Origin: a virus
Taxonomy: Duplodnaviria > Caudoviricetes
Length of the DNA stretch: 60,381 nt
IMG/VR virus record: IMGVR_UViG_3300027419_000035
Coordinates: 1 to 60,381 of that record
Reading direction: 5' to 3' (one strand)
How positions within the stretch are numbered: position 1 is the first letter of the stretch; each line of letters begins with the position of its first letter. Below are positions 19,734 to 30,052 of this stretch, piece after piece. Position numbers and translations under genes: made by a program. The notes under the pieces were generated by a model that did no database searches, was not told the DNA's origin, and saw only the letters and a program-made list of their open reading frames with translations.

Positions 19734-20429
19734 TTACTCCTGATAAATAACCTTTGCCAGCAATTCGGCCGTTGAATTTTCATATCTGTATTTGAATTGC
19801 CGCATTGTCAATGACAGTAATTTTGCAGTTTCTTTGATGTCAATACCACGCCCATAAAGTTGATATAAAATATATCCGTCAAGTATCGGCATGATTGAAC
19901 TTTCATCAAAGACCGGAAAGTTATCTTCATATGACTCTGATGTATAATGTGATTTAATAATTTCTTCATTATAAACGCCGCTTATTTCATGGTATAACCG
20001 ATTCATAAAACGGTATTGTCCTCTGATATAATCTCTGAAATTTGTCATCGTATTTTTTATTATAAATAATGCTAAAGATGATCTTGGTTTTTTAAATGAC
20101 AGATATTTCTTAAGCGCTCTATGAAATGCTATATAAATTTCAGCACACATTGATTCTATGGTGTTGAATTCAATAAGTGTATTTATAAAATCTGTTAGCT
20201 CAAATGGTGTTATTATAGTTGCATCATCTATGATACATGCTCGTTTCAAATAGTATGGTGTATATTCCCGATGCATCGATTTAAGTAATAGTATATTACA
20301 AAGAGCCTGAAAGAATTCAGGCTCTTGTAAATAGAACTCAGAGGCAATCATATCAGCATTATTACCATCTGTACGTAACCTTTGTAATGTATTCTCTATC
20401 CGAGAGACATCTTTATTAGTTATTTCCAT
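19734..20429 (-). CDS. Divergent sigma-factor-like protein (C-terminal region-4 HTH)
   Basis: 'ILYQLYGRGIDIKETAKLLSLTMRQFKYRY' HTH; central helices weakly region-2-like. Confidence 0.5.
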   Translation of the reverse strand: MEITNKDVSRIENTLQRLRTDGNNADMIASEFYLQEPEFFQALCNILLLKSMHREYTPYYLKRACIIDDATIITPFELTDFINTLIEFNTIESMCAEIYIAFHRALKKYLSFKKPRSSLALFIIKNTMTNFRDYIRGQYRFMNRLYHEISGVYNEEIIKSHYTSESYEDNFPVFDESSIMPILDGYILYQLYGRGIDIKETAKLLSLTMRQFKYRYENSTAELLAKVIYQE

Positions 20430-20919
20430 ACTGTAGTCTTCCATATGCTGCAATTAATAGTGAATCTCCGCGACCGTCAATTGGACCGCCTCTCGGGCCG
20501 AAAAGCAGTTCAGATATGTCCGGATAGAGTTGTTGTGCCCTATAACAAGACGCTGCTTTTTCTTTTCCCATGCCTTTCATCATGGTTTTTTTCCATTCCT
20601 GTGGAGTAACAAGAGTTAATGGCAGCTCATATGCGGCTACAATACCACGCCAGAGTCCGTAACCAACTCCCATACTAAACATAGAGGTAACACCCTGACC
20701 GGGCATACTATGAATCTTTTCAAGGAATATATGGGTGTGTTTTGGATCGAACGATTTTAATATCGATGCCATACTTGAATCAAGATATTCGCGTTTTATT
20801 CCTTTACCTTTACTTAGTTCTATAACGGGTGCATCCAATATTTCAATATTGCCGGCGTCGTTTATCACCGAGACTGCTCCGTTTAATCCAGGATCAATAC
20901 CAATTAAAGTATTTATCAT
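20416..20919 (-). CDS. ruvC: RuvC-like Holliday junction resolvase
   Basis: 'IGIDPG', 'FLEKI', 'VTPQEWKK', 'DGRGDSLLIA'. Confidence 0.85.
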   Translation of the reverse strand: MINTLIGIDPGLNGAVSVINDAGNIEILDAPVIELSKGKGIKREYLDSSMASILKSFDPKHTHIFLEKIHSMPGQGVTSMFSMGVGYGLWRGIVAAYELPLTLVTPQEWKKTMMKGMGKEKAASCYRAQQLYPDISELLFGPRGGPIDGRGDSLLIAAYGRLQYGNN

Positions 20920-21269
20920 TGTACAGTCTCCTTGTTTATGTGAGCTTCTTTTCTCCCTCCTTTTAAATAAAGCAGAAAGAAACCTCGAAGGATTTCAGAG
21001 GCCTTTTTGTTCACTTCACTTCCGGCCAGATCGGCTTCCAGGGGCAGTGGTGATTTATATAAAAAATCAGCCGGATCATCACTCTTCTTAAGCATATCAC
21101 GAAATACTATAATGGGTTTGGCAAACAAATATATAGTCTGAGAACCGGGGTCTTCATAGATCCCGAACTCAGAAAATAAATTGCTACCCATAAACAGACC
21201 ATTGAGATATTGTAAAAGGGCTTTTTGTCGTTCGCCTAATTCTGTTTTTTGTTTAACTTTCTTTCTCAT
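20916..21269 (-). CDS. Hypothetical protein
   Basis: 117 aa, coupled on both sides. Confidence 0.5.
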   Translation of the reverse strand: MRKKVKQKTELGERQKALLQYLNGLFMGSNLFSEFGIYEDPGSQTIYLFAKPIIVFRDMLKKSDDPADFLYKSPLPLEADLAGSEVNKKASEILRGFFLLYLKGGRKEAHINKETVQ

Positions 21270-22168
21270 TTGTAATAATTAACCGCCATGTTATTATATA
21301 AAAGCTGAACAGCATCTGAATAAAATTCATTGATTGCTTTTCTTGTTGCCTTGTTGATTTTTCCATTTATAGGACCATTATATAAACATGCATACCGTAG
21401 TTTTTTCTGCATGGTTACAGCAACATTTTTCTGTATACTGTTTATATCAACAAGTACTCCGGGTGAATCTTTTATATCTTTATGACCCTTTAGCCAGGGT
21501 ATCAAGTTGGATCTTACAGAAGACTGAGTCTTGATGGCTTTATAAGGATCCAACTTGAACTCAAGACATAGAATTGTAAGTATTTTTTCTAATGACTTAA
21601 TTATTTTACTTGTAGGTGGTGCACTGTTATTGTCTACTTTATATTGAATTACAATACCGATACTCCTGGTGTTTACTCCCGGGGTATGATATGTTATATT
21701 TTCAAAAGCTGAAATGCGTTCAACAATATCCGAAGCATTTACAAATAAATGATATGAAGAACCCGGCAATGGTTTACCAGGTGTAATATTATTCTCTTTA
21801 CTGGTGTCTAAATCAAAGAGACTCGCTGCATCCCAACCAACGCCTCCATTGGTGGCTGCGATTACGATTGTATCGATAACCGACAAATGCCGTTTATGCC
21901 ATGGTTTAATACCGTCCTTTTCACAGTTATTATAATAATCATACATTTGAGTTGTATCTATTATGGTCCATGGAAACAGCCTTGACTGTTTGATGATCGT
22001 ATGCCTGATGGCTTCTATCTGCTGTTCTGTTGGGTTATGCAGCAGATGGCCTTTTCGTTTTAATGTATTCCGCGGCAACGGATGCAATAGATTATATGTC
22101 TTTGCACTAAAACCCAATGCTTGCGCTATATGCAGCAAGGTTATCCATAATTTTTGGATAATGTTCAT
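21266..22168 (-). CDS. Amidase_2/PGRP-fold protein with PG-binding domain, probably catalytically inactive
   Basis: AGGAGG before ATG 22168; 'SYHLFV', 'YHTPGVNTRSIGI'; C-terminal 'NGPINGKINKATRKAINEF'; Zn ligands substituted. Confidence 0.75.
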   Translation of the reverse strand: MNIIQKLWITLLHIAQALGFSAKTYNLLHPLPRNTLKRKGHLLHNPTEQQIEAIRHTIIKQSRLFPWTIIDTTQMYDYYNNCEKDGIKPWHKRHLSVIDTIVIAATNGGVGWDAASLFDLDTSKENNITPGKPLPGSSYHLFVNASDIVERISAFENITYHTPGVNTRSIGIVIQYKVDNNSAPPTSKIIKSLEKILTILCLEFKLDPYKAIKTQSSVRSNLIPWLKGHKDIKDSPGVLVDINSIQKNVAVTMQKKLRYACLYNGPINGKINKATRKAINEFYSDAVQLLYNNMAVNYYK

Positions 22169-22625
22169 TGATGATCCTCCTAATGTTGGTTTCATCTGTC
22201 TTTTCGTTATATGGAATACGTATTATGTATATGTATTCTAAATCTGCCAATTTATTTTTGGCCCCATCATTATATTGTTGTCTTTCAAATTTGTATTGTC
22301 CACTATTTCCTTCGCCGTGATAAAATGTATTACGGTCAAAATGCTGGATACCATCATATTCAAAACAGAGACGTAGTTTGTCGATATAGAAATCCATATA
22401 ATAAGTTCCAATTGGAACCTGTTCCTCTATTTTATGCTGTGGATATATAATAGCCAGTACTTCCCGCATTGCCATTTCTCCTTTGCTTCTGTTAAGTCTT
22501 TTAAATTTTTTCAATACTTCATTGATATTCTCTTCGGTAGTATTAAGTTTTTCAGCAATCTGAGAAATTTCGAGCTTTTCCAGCAGGTACATCTTTTTTA
22601 TAAACTTTATTGTTTCTTGCTTCAT
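22107..22625 (-). CDS. HTH plus DUF559/Vsr-like endonuclease
   Basis: 'ISQIAEKLN' HTH; 'SKGE', 'YYMDFY', 'FEYDGIQH', 'IRIPY'. Confidence 0.75.
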   Translation of the reverse strand: MKQETIKFIKKMYLLEKLEISQIAEKLNTTEENINEVLKKFKRLNRSKGEMAMREVLAIIYPQHKIEEQVPIGTYYMDFYIDKLRLCFEYDGIQHFDRNTFYHGEGNSGQYKFERQQYNDGAKNKLADLEYIYIIRIPYNEKTDETNIRRIINEHYPKIMDNLAAYSASIGF

Positions 22626-22915
22626 GGTGTTTCTTTTAATTCTTTCTGTAATACATTCAGTATTGTTAAAAACAGATTGTCGTCATCTATATAGATTAAG
22701 AGGTCATCTCCGTAAATAACATCAGAGATTTTATTAGAAATCTTTTCCTCGATATATTTCTTGCCATCAGCGGTGTTCTGATAGAATACAAAAGTTCTCC
22801 CGAGCATATGTATGTCTGCAAGATGTCTGATTTTAATACCGCTAAATGTCATATATCTGTAATCATCGGTATAGTCAAACACTTTACAAGGTACTTGTAA
22901 CATTTCTTTACTCAT
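22622..22915 (-). CDS. Hypothetical protein
   Basis: 97 aa, coupled. Confidence 0.5.
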   Translation of the reverse strand: MSKEMLQVPCKVFDYTDDYRYMTFSGIKIRHLADIHMLGRTFVFYQNTADGKKYIEEKISNKISDVIYGDDLLIYIDDDNLFLTILNVLQKELKETP

Positions 22916-22924
22916 TGTATTACC

Positions 22925-23632
22925 TTAGAATTTACATTGGTTAATGAACTGACACGTTTTACAAGAGTCTGTATTTGGCACGTTATAATCACGCCCGATC
23001 AGATTGACGATTGATTCCAGGTCCTGCGATGCTCTCTGAATATACGAGTCAGATACATGGAATAGATTAACAGATGTTGAAAGTGCCACTCTTGCCTGAA
23101 TTTTTATAACATATAAATCTCTGATCGTATATCTCAGAGCCGCATTTAATGCGGCAAGTGCAAAACGAAATTCATTATCCCTTATATATAATTCCGGTTT
23201 CGTGGAAAACATAACCGGTATAATCTTATTCTGTTTTTTCTGAACCATTAATGCCGGAATGATCGCTCTGTACGTTCCTCTCGATACATCAAAATCAGCA
23301 GTGAAATTAATTGCAACCGTTTGAAGTTCATCTTTAAAAGTTTTCTTAAACTGATCAAAAAAATCTTTAAGTCCGAGTAGCATTGTACTTCCGTCTCTGG
23401 CATTTGTTGTATCTAGATTCTTTCCCCAATAAGTTAATAGAGGACGAATATCAGGAATATTCTCTACACGCATGTTTTCAAAAAATACACGTTCGATACA
23501 ATTCCTGATGTTTCGTTCGATTTGCGATATGGGATTTTGATGATTGTGGAACTTATTGAATAATAACGGACATCTTTGAAAAACAACAATATCGCTATGC
23601 TGCAATATTGTGGTTTTCACCATAGATTTCAT
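22925..23632 (-). CDS. Degenerate Cas4/AddB-like protein with Fe-S-type cysteines
   Basis: 'FQRCPL' plus C-terminal 'CKTCQFINQC'; PD-(D/E)XK acidic residues not evident. Confidence 0.6.
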   Translation of the reverse strand: MKSMVKTTILQHSDIVVFQRCPLLFNKFHNHQNPISQIERNIRNCIERVFFENMRVENIPDIRPLLTYWGKNLDTTNARDGSTMLLGLKDFFDQFKKTFKDELQTVAINFTADFDVSRGTYRAIIPALMVQKKQNKIIPVMFSTKPELYIRDNEFRFALAALNAALRYTIRDLYVIKIQARVALSTSVNLFHVSDSYIQRASQDLESIVNLIGRDYNVPNTDSCKTCQFINQCKF

Positions 23633-26237
23633 TCTCGTATGTTTTACTTAATAAATATTGATTCTGAGCCATAGGCTTCATTGATGCTGTTTCTGATTTG
23701 CCGAAATAATAGTTTCCAATTTTATTTCTTAATGATTCAGTTAATCCTACAATATCATTTCTTGTCATTTCAAGAAATACTGCATGTTCGTCAAGAAAAT
23801 AATAGTGCAATTCGCCCTTATATTTGCTTACTTTATTCTTTCCTATTATCATCCGGATAATTGGAGAACAATTATCCATGTTTCTCATCGATTCGGGAAT
23901 GGTTGGTCCCCAGAAATACATATCAGTATTTTCAGAATTATTATATGTCTCATTAATAAGGTGACCTATCCAGTTTGCATGGTATTCCAATGATTTTGAT
24001 TCTTTCATCATCTCGTTTAATTCGAGTCTTGAAGTAGAACCCTTCTGTCCTTTCTTATATTCAACGGTACAGAATCCCATGACTTTATATGGAACAAGAA
24101 TTTGTTGTTTCAATACTCTGGAGATTTCCTTAATACGCCGTACATCATCATCAATATTTGGAAAATCGGCAAGATTATAAAGATTATCACATATATAAAT
24201 AATGTGTCTGTCCGGATGTTTATCCTTCAGGTGCCTTATCATCATCTCAGCTGTCGTAAGAGTATTTCCGATGCCTGTGTCTTTGATGACAAGACGTTCA
24301 TCTCTTGCCCATTCACTGAGCTGCTTGAATGCATCATTCCTAGCTTCAAACAATAACTTGGGATCTCTGACTGCTGCAGAATTCGGATCATCCATATAAT
24401 TAATAGTTGCTTCCTGTGTTATTTCGAAAGCAAGGGCTGACAGAAATCTCGGAACTATCTCGTATCTTGCATCATCAATGGTATGATAAATAATAGTGAC
24501 GTTATTTATATTAATATCATCTTTTCGTTGATTCCAGTATTGAGCCTCCTGTCCTGCTTTTAATGCAGAGATACACCAGTTAATCATCCATGACGTTTTG
24601 CCTGAACTTGGTTGACCACCAAGCAGAAATAGTTTTCCTGCAGTTGAACCTCTGAATTTTTCTTCAAATCTCGGCATTCGCCAGAGACGAATAAAATCTT
24701 CATGAACTGACTGTTCTTGTTTTTGCTTTATATTCTGAAGTTCATGAAGATATTCCTGACCGTCCCAAAGATTTGTATTATGTCTTTCGCCTATACTACG
24801 TATAGAATCAAGTGTGCCGGATAAAATAACCTGTGCATCACTGGGATTCTTTTTTATTGATTTCATCAGGTTGTCAAGAATCGCATCACGTTCAGCTTCC
24901 ATCTGTATCTTATCGTCATTTGCGATTTTGCTGACTTCTTTACGGATTGTCATGATTGGTATGTCGCAGATATCTGATATCTGTTTGCACATCCTGTCAC
25001 GTTGTATTTCTGATTGTTCATTGACTATCAGCGGAATCATCTGACTGGCCAATTCATGGTTGTCAAAATCTTTTTCCTGCTGAAGCTTAAACAGTCTCCA
25101 TTCAAATGCTGTAATATGTGGGAGTCCGAGCAATTCTTTTATACTGAATTTTCTTACAAATGTATCTGGATCGTAATCTTCCGGAAGAGTGACAATTCTT
25201 ACTCTGAAATTTCTTATGCCTTCCATAACTTCAGTGATTATTCTTGCCGTATTTTCGATGCCAGGAGCATCGCCGTCCAGTAAGAATACAACGTCGGTTT
25301 CCCCGACTCTCTGTAACAATGATATATGGTCATTTGTAAATTTTGTACTGCCAATTGCAACGGCCTTCAGGCCTGCGCGGTCAAGAGTAATAGCATCTGT
25401 CTGACCTTCTACTATATATAAACTTGAATGTTTTGATACTTTCTTTGTTACTGCATGGTTAAGATTATATAACAGACTTCCCTTTTGAAACAAAGAATTG
25501 TTTTCTGTATTGTAATATTTGGATCCCACTTTATTACTGGGATCGAAATAACAATTACGCGCAGCAAAGCCTCTTGTAATGCCACGTTCATCAATGATAG
25601 CAAATATCAGATTATTGGGATTAAATATATATTGTTTGATTCCTATCTTATTCAGATATGTTTCATCAAGTTGATAACCTTTCAGTTCATTTAAAAAATC
25701 CTGCCAGTTTGGAACATATCCTAAAGCATATTCTTTGCTGTCTGTAGCAACATCCAACTGCTTGTCGTTCATATACTGAAGTACATTCTGATCGATAACT
25801 CCGGCCTTATCACATCCGAATCTCAACCTTGTTATAATAATATCTTTCACAAGATTATAAATCGAGCGCATGTTCATTTCTTCCATCTCTTCCTGAGATA
25901 AAGGTCGAAATTCATATTCGATATCGAACATTTCGCATAACATCTTCACATTCTGAGTCATAAATTCATAACCAATCAAAGGTACTTTGTTGATTACACT
26001 ATTGGCAACGAAAATATCGCCGACCTTATTCTCGGTAAAGCAGTAATACATCTTTTCATTGTTATAAGATTCAAAAATATGAAGGCTCGGAGTTCGATCA
26101 TTGTGTCCCGGATGGAAACAATGAAACATGTTCTTGTTTCCATTCCCACGTTTGATACCAGACTTTTCTAAAAATTCCGGTAGTTTTGATTTAAGAACCC
26201 GTTTGAGTTCTTCAAAATCTCTAATTGTTCTGCTCAT
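23595..26237 (-). CDS. dnaG: DnaG-type primase fused to DnaB-like helicase
   Basis: Zn-binding region 'CFHPGHNDRTPS'; 'KYYNT'; TOPRIM 'VEGQTD', 'LDGDAPG', 'DPD'; Walker A 'GGQPSSGKT'; 'ICDNL'; 'GKNK'. Confidence 0.88.
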   Translation of the reverse strand: MSRTIRDFEELKRVLKSKLPEFLEKSGIKRGNGNKNMFHCFHPGHNDRTPSLHIFESYNNEKMYYCFTENKVGDIFVANSVINKVPLIGYEFMTQNVKMLCEMFDIEYEFRPLSQEEMEEMNMRSIYNLVKDIIITRLRFGCDKAGVIDQNVLQYMNDKQLDVATDSKEYALGYVPNWQDFLNELKGYQLDETYLNKIGIKQYIFNPNNLIFAIIDERGITRGFAARNCYFDPSNKVGSKYYNTENNSLFQKGSLLYNLNHAVTKKVSKHSSLYIVEGQTDAITLDRAGLKAVAIGSTKFTNDHISLLQRVGETDVVFLLDGDAPGIENTARIITEVMEGIRNFRVRIVTLPEDYDPDTFVRKFSIKELLGLPHITAFEWRLFKLQQEKDFDNHELASQMIPLIVNEQSEIQRDRMCKQISDICDIPIMTIRKEVSKIANDDKIQMEAERDAILDNLMKSIKKNPSDAQVILSGTLDSIRSIGERHNTNLWDGQEYLHELQNIKQKQEQSVHEDFIRLWRMPRFEEKFRGSTAGKLFLLGGQPSSGKTSWMINWCISALKAGQEAQYWNQRKDDININNVTIIYHTIDDARYEIVPRFLSALAFEITQEATINYMDDPNSAAVRDPKLLFEARNDAFKQLSEWARDERLVIKDTGIGNTLTTAEMMIRHLKDKHPDRHIIYICDNLYNLADFPNIDDDVRRIKEISRVLKQQILVPYKVMGFCTVEYKKGQKGSTSRLELNEMMKESKSLEYHANWIGHLINETYNNSENTDMYFWGPTIPESMRNMDNCSPIIRMIIGKNKVSKYKGELHYYFLDEHAVFLEMTRNDIVGLTESLRNKIGNYYFGKSETASMKPMAQNQYLLSKTYENEIYGENHNIAA

Positions 26238-26613
26238 TATTATCTTCCTTTTGCTCGCCGACTGCATTGTAAAATAACAGATTTAGTAATTCCTGACTCG
26301 GTTCTTCACCGCATAATCTCAAATACTGTGTCTTAAAATCATTCTCTGTTATATTCGCATACTCAACGACGATACAAAATAACGTTAATGCAAGTTTCTG
26401 TGTTTCAGTCATACCTTTCGATATTATATCCATATGTTGTCCGAGTGTTTTTACATTCATCATAACAGAACTCCAGAAATTGCCCTGTCTTTCCTGTTCT
26501 TTAATAATACGTTTCATAATTGAAATATCATCGCCAGGTACTATTTGTTTGTTTTCCTGGTTAGTAAGATCACCCACACGGATGATCTTACTGTTTGGAG
26601 AGTTGTCACTCAT
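26221..26613 (-). CDS. Hypothetical protein
   Basis: 130 aa in the replication operon. Confidence 0.5.
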   Translation of the reverse strand: MSDNSPNSKIIRVGDLTNQENKQIVPGDDISIMKRIIKEQERQGNFWSSVMMNVKTLGQHMDIISKGMTETQKLALTLFCIVVEYANITENDFKTQYLRLCGEEPSQELLNLLFYNAVGEQKEDNNEQNN

Positions 26614-27629
26614 TTAGTTTTTCCATAGTAATGAGGAATAATATTTTCCAGCTTTTTATCTTTGGACAAAACCAATAAGGTTTGTTCTGCCATACCATAT
26701 AACCCGAGCTCATCGGAATAATCATTTGGACCTGCAGCGCTGCCAAGTCGTATTACCTTCATAGGGCCGATACTGACTAGTGCACTATCGTGCAAATGAC
26801 CGGTAAGTATGTAATCTACATTCTTAAAAATGTAATTAAGATTATGTACTTTATTCCTTGATCCAGGATTCATTAAATTGGCTGGCAACCTATGTGTAAG
26901 CAGGACTTTATTATCCTTTATAGTTGTCATAAAATATCTTTCTTCGAGAGGGAATTCCATACTTACATTATTAAGTATTGAACAGCCGACTTCTCTGCTT
27001 TTATGTATTGTGTTATAAAGAAATTTCATTGTACCGGTATCATAATTACTGGCAATCGGATGGGCTGCACTATTTGAGCGCTGTTCTCCATGATTACCGG
27101 CAACACCGATAATTTTTACTTTCCCTTTATCACCGATAAATTCGGCGGCTCTTACTGTGTTCTTAAAGATACAGTCCATAAACCGTGCCATTTGTTCCCA
27201 TATACTTGCCTGACTTACCAGACGAAATATTTGTCCGTCAAAAATAGAACCGTCGCCTTCAATATTGTCTCCGCCAAGTACGATAATGATTTCATCATAA
27301 TTGTCTTTTCCGGAAACTAATATTTCATTGAACGCCCTATCAAACAAAGAACATATGGCTTCGTCTCCAAGATCAAAATCATATGCAATCCGACTATTTC
27401 GTATGATTCTCTCGCCGAAATGTGAGTCGAATAGATTAATTAACATTGATTTTTTGCTCTTAGACTTCGGAGCTTTTGTAGGGATCTGTTTGGTATGTGC
27501 CTTAACGTTTGTCTGAAACCTTTCATCAATTAAAGATGTAAGTGTCTCACGCAAATCCACTCTATCAATACGTCTTGTTAACGGTGTATCGGGTAGACCG
27601 GAAGCAGGCATATCATTAAGATGAACCAT
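26610..27629 (-). CDS. Calcineurin-like metallophosphoesterase
   Basis: Five motifs: DSH, GGD, GNHG, H, GHLH. Confidence 0.85.
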   Translation of the reverse strand: MVHLNDMPASGLPDTPLTRRIDRVDLRETLTSLIDERFQTNVKAHTKQIPTKAPKSKSKKSMLINLFDSHFGERIIRNSRIAYDFDLGDEAICSLFDRAFNEILVSGKDNYDEIIIVLGGDNIEGDGSIFDGQIFRLVSQASIWEQMARFMDCIFKNTVRAAEFIGDKGKVKIIGVAGNHGEQRSNSAAHPIASNYDTGTMKFLYNTIHKSREVGCSILNNVSMEFPLEERYFMTTIKDNKVLLTHRLPANLMNPGSRNKVHNLNYIFKNVDYILTGHLHDSALVSIGPMKVIRLGSAAGPNDYSDELGLYGMAEQTLLVLSKDKKLENIIPHYYGKTK

Positions 27630-27656
27630 TGCTATCTCACTTTGTTGTTGGTGTTA

Positions 27657-30038
27657 TTAGAAATATAAATCAGTGAATCCTGGACAACATTGGAACCTGG
27701 TGTTTTGTCCCTGCATATCCAGAATTAAGTGGTGTGATTTTTTGTTTACTGTTAGATCAGTGTATTTATTGTGTAATGTATTTAAAAATTTAAGTCCATA
27801 ATTATTCATTGGTATTGTTGCAACAAGTGGACTTGAAAACGATGTAATCTCATTTTCAAATGAAGCAATAGAAGTTACTTTATATCTGTTCTCTTCAAGT
27901 ATTCTTGTATTAACACATACAATCGTGCCGACAAGTTTATCCATGCCGCTTTTACCGATTCTCGACCATACATCAGAAAATATCTGATAAGTTGTATCGG
28001 GATCGTTCTCAAACGATATAAAACAACCGTTCTTCTTTTTCTTGAAGATGCTGTAGCCTTTAAGAAAATCTACTCTTGCAGTGGGATTTTCTTTTTTATA
28101 ATTGCTTATGGCTTCCTGGTAAATAATGAATGGATTAGAAGTTAACCATAATTCTGTGACTTCTTTTTCGAGGGCAATAAGTTTAATTTCCGGATACTCC
28201 GGTTCAAAAGGCAACTGTATCCATTCTTCATCAAAAGGCAGAGGAATATATCCTTTATTGATGAACCGTTTTACCATTTCTGTCAGTTCATCTATATACA
28301 TTAAAGGTTCGTCTTTACCCTCGCGCAATATATGCATCAGTTGTGATCGTTTTGCAAAAGAATCAAAACAACCCGCCTTTATCATATTTAATACGATATT
28401 ACTTTTTGTATTGGTGCGATAAAGAAAATCTGTTACAGATTTATAGGCCCCATTTTTGTTGCGTTCTTCAATAATCGGTTCAGCTGCAGATTCGCCTACA
28501 TTGACAATACCCGCAAGACCAAAACGGATTTTTTTGTCGTTAACAATAGTAAAAATTCCATTTGATTCATTCACATCAGGGGATAAGATATCTATGCTAA
28601 ATAATTTTGCTTCATAAATAAACTCAGTGAATTTATGTATGTCGCCCAACTCATAGGCAATATTTGCAACATAAAATTCAGTAGGATAATGTGCTTTAAG
28701 CCATGCGGTCACCATTGTATTCTTTGCATAAGACACGGCATGAGCTTTATTGAAAGCATAATTTGAAAATTTCTCCATCTCTTCCCAGAGATGATCGATA
28801 TCTTCCTGTGTTAGTCCTTTCTCAAGAGCTTTTGATGTAAATCTTTTCTTTTCTTTCTCTATCTTTTCACGCTGTTTCTTTGCAACCATCTTTCTGAATT
28901 CATCGGCTTCTGAATCATTATATCCAGCAAGTAACTGAACAGTTTTCTGAATCTGCTCTTGGAAAATAAAATATCCATATGTTTCAGCAAGGATATCTTT
29001 CAGGATTGGAAATCTTTCAGAATGAGGTTCGATTTCAATACTAGTCCTGCCATTCTTCTTGTCTTTTATACTCATTGCAAAAGCCATCGGGCCAGGCCGG
29101 TAACCGGCCAGTATAAAAGCAACATCCATAAAATTCTTGGGTTTAAAATCCCTTGTATAACTGGATATATCTTTACCTTCTAACTGGAATATTCCAAGAA
29201 GATTTCCTGTTGCCAGCAATTTATAAATATCAGGATCAGAAAAATCAACATTCAATGAATTATAATTTGTTTTATGTCTTTCATTGACAAGTTTGAATGC
29301 CATATCAATAACAGATAATGTTTTTAAACCCAACAAATCCATCTTGATAAGTCCAAGTTGTTCACTTTCATTCATATCGAATTCAAGTATTCTCGAATTC
29401 TTCTTCATATAAGTTGGAGCTATATCATCAATCTTCTGATTTGATATAATAATACCAGCAGCGTGTTGACTACGGTTATTATATGTGCCGTATAGTTTAC
29501 GTGCGTATTTAAATAAATTAACTACTTCGGGATCACTTGTCTCAAGAATGGCTAATTCTTTAACCTCCTGAATAGCCTCGTCAACACTCCAGTTTACTCC
29601 CTGCTTTGGATCTGGAATTAATCTTGCAATGTAATCTACTTTATCGCTCGACATGCCAAGTGCCTTTCCCACCTGTCTGATTGCAAGTTTCGCATGCATT
29701 ACGCCATATGTACCGATATTTGTAACGCGATTGCTGCCATACTTATTCCGGAGATATTCTATTACCTCCTCTCTTCTGTCTTTGGCAATGTCGGTATCAA
29801 TGTCCGGCATTGTACCACCTTTATATTTTAAAGGTTCGGTCGGTTTTTCATCGGTAATACCAACAAGATAAGCAACTATTGAATTGCTTTTGTTAGTTAC
29901 TTTTGTTTTGAAATTAAGCATATCAAAGAAATAAGGTTCCATCTTATGAATTTCGATTGCCCCTATTTCCTTCTTAAAACTGGCATAGTCAACTTCATTC
30001 AGTCTGTCGCTTTCTAAACATAATTTACGTAACTTCAT
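27657..30038 (-). CDS. dnaE: DNA polymerase III alpha, C-terminal half (palm Asp, fingers, HhH)
   Basis: 'MPDIDTD', 'HAAGII', 'KMDLLGL', 'FQLE', 'RPGP', 'FQEQ', 'YAFNKAHA', 'PDVNES'. Confidence 0.93.
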   Translation of the reverse strand: MKLRKLCLESDRLNEVDYASFKKEIGAIEIHKMEPYFFDMLNFKTKVTNKSNSIVAYLVGITDEKPTEPLKYKGGTMPDIDTDIAKDRREEVIEYLRNKYGSNRVTNIGTYGVMHAKLAIRQVGKALGMSSDKVDYIARLIPDPKQGVNWSVDEAIQEVKELAILETSDPEVVNLFKYARKLYGTYNNRSQHAAGIIISNQKIDDIAPTYMKKNSRILEFDMNESEQLGLIKMDLLGLKTLSVIDMAFKLVNERHKTNYNSLNVDFSDPDIYKLLATGNLLGIFQLEGKDISSYTRDFKPKNFMDVAFILAGYRPGPMAFAMSIKDKKNGRTSIEIEPHSERFPILKDILAETYGYFIFQEQIQKTVQLLAGYNDSEADEFRKMVAKKQREKIEKEKKRFTSKALEKGLTQEDIDHLWEEMEKFSNYAFNKAHAVSYAKNTMVTAWLKAHYPTEFYVANIAYELGDIHKFTEFIYEAKLFSIDILSPDVNESNGIFTIVNDKKIRFGLAGIVNVGESAAEPIIEERNKNGAYKSVTDFLYRTNTKSNIVLNMIKAGCFDSFAKRSQLMHILREGKDEPLMYIDELTEMVKRFINKGYIPLPFDEEWIQLPFEPEYPEIKLIALEKEVTELWLTSNPFIIYQEAISNYKKENPTARVDFLKGYSIFKKKKNGCFISFENDPDTTYQIFSDVWSRIGKSGMDKLVGTIVCVNTRILEENRYKVTSIASFENEITSFSSPLVATIPMNNYGLKFLNTLHNKYTDLTVNKKSHHLILDMQGQNTRFQCCPGFTDLYF

Positions 30039-30052
30039 ATTTCTGCCTGTTA

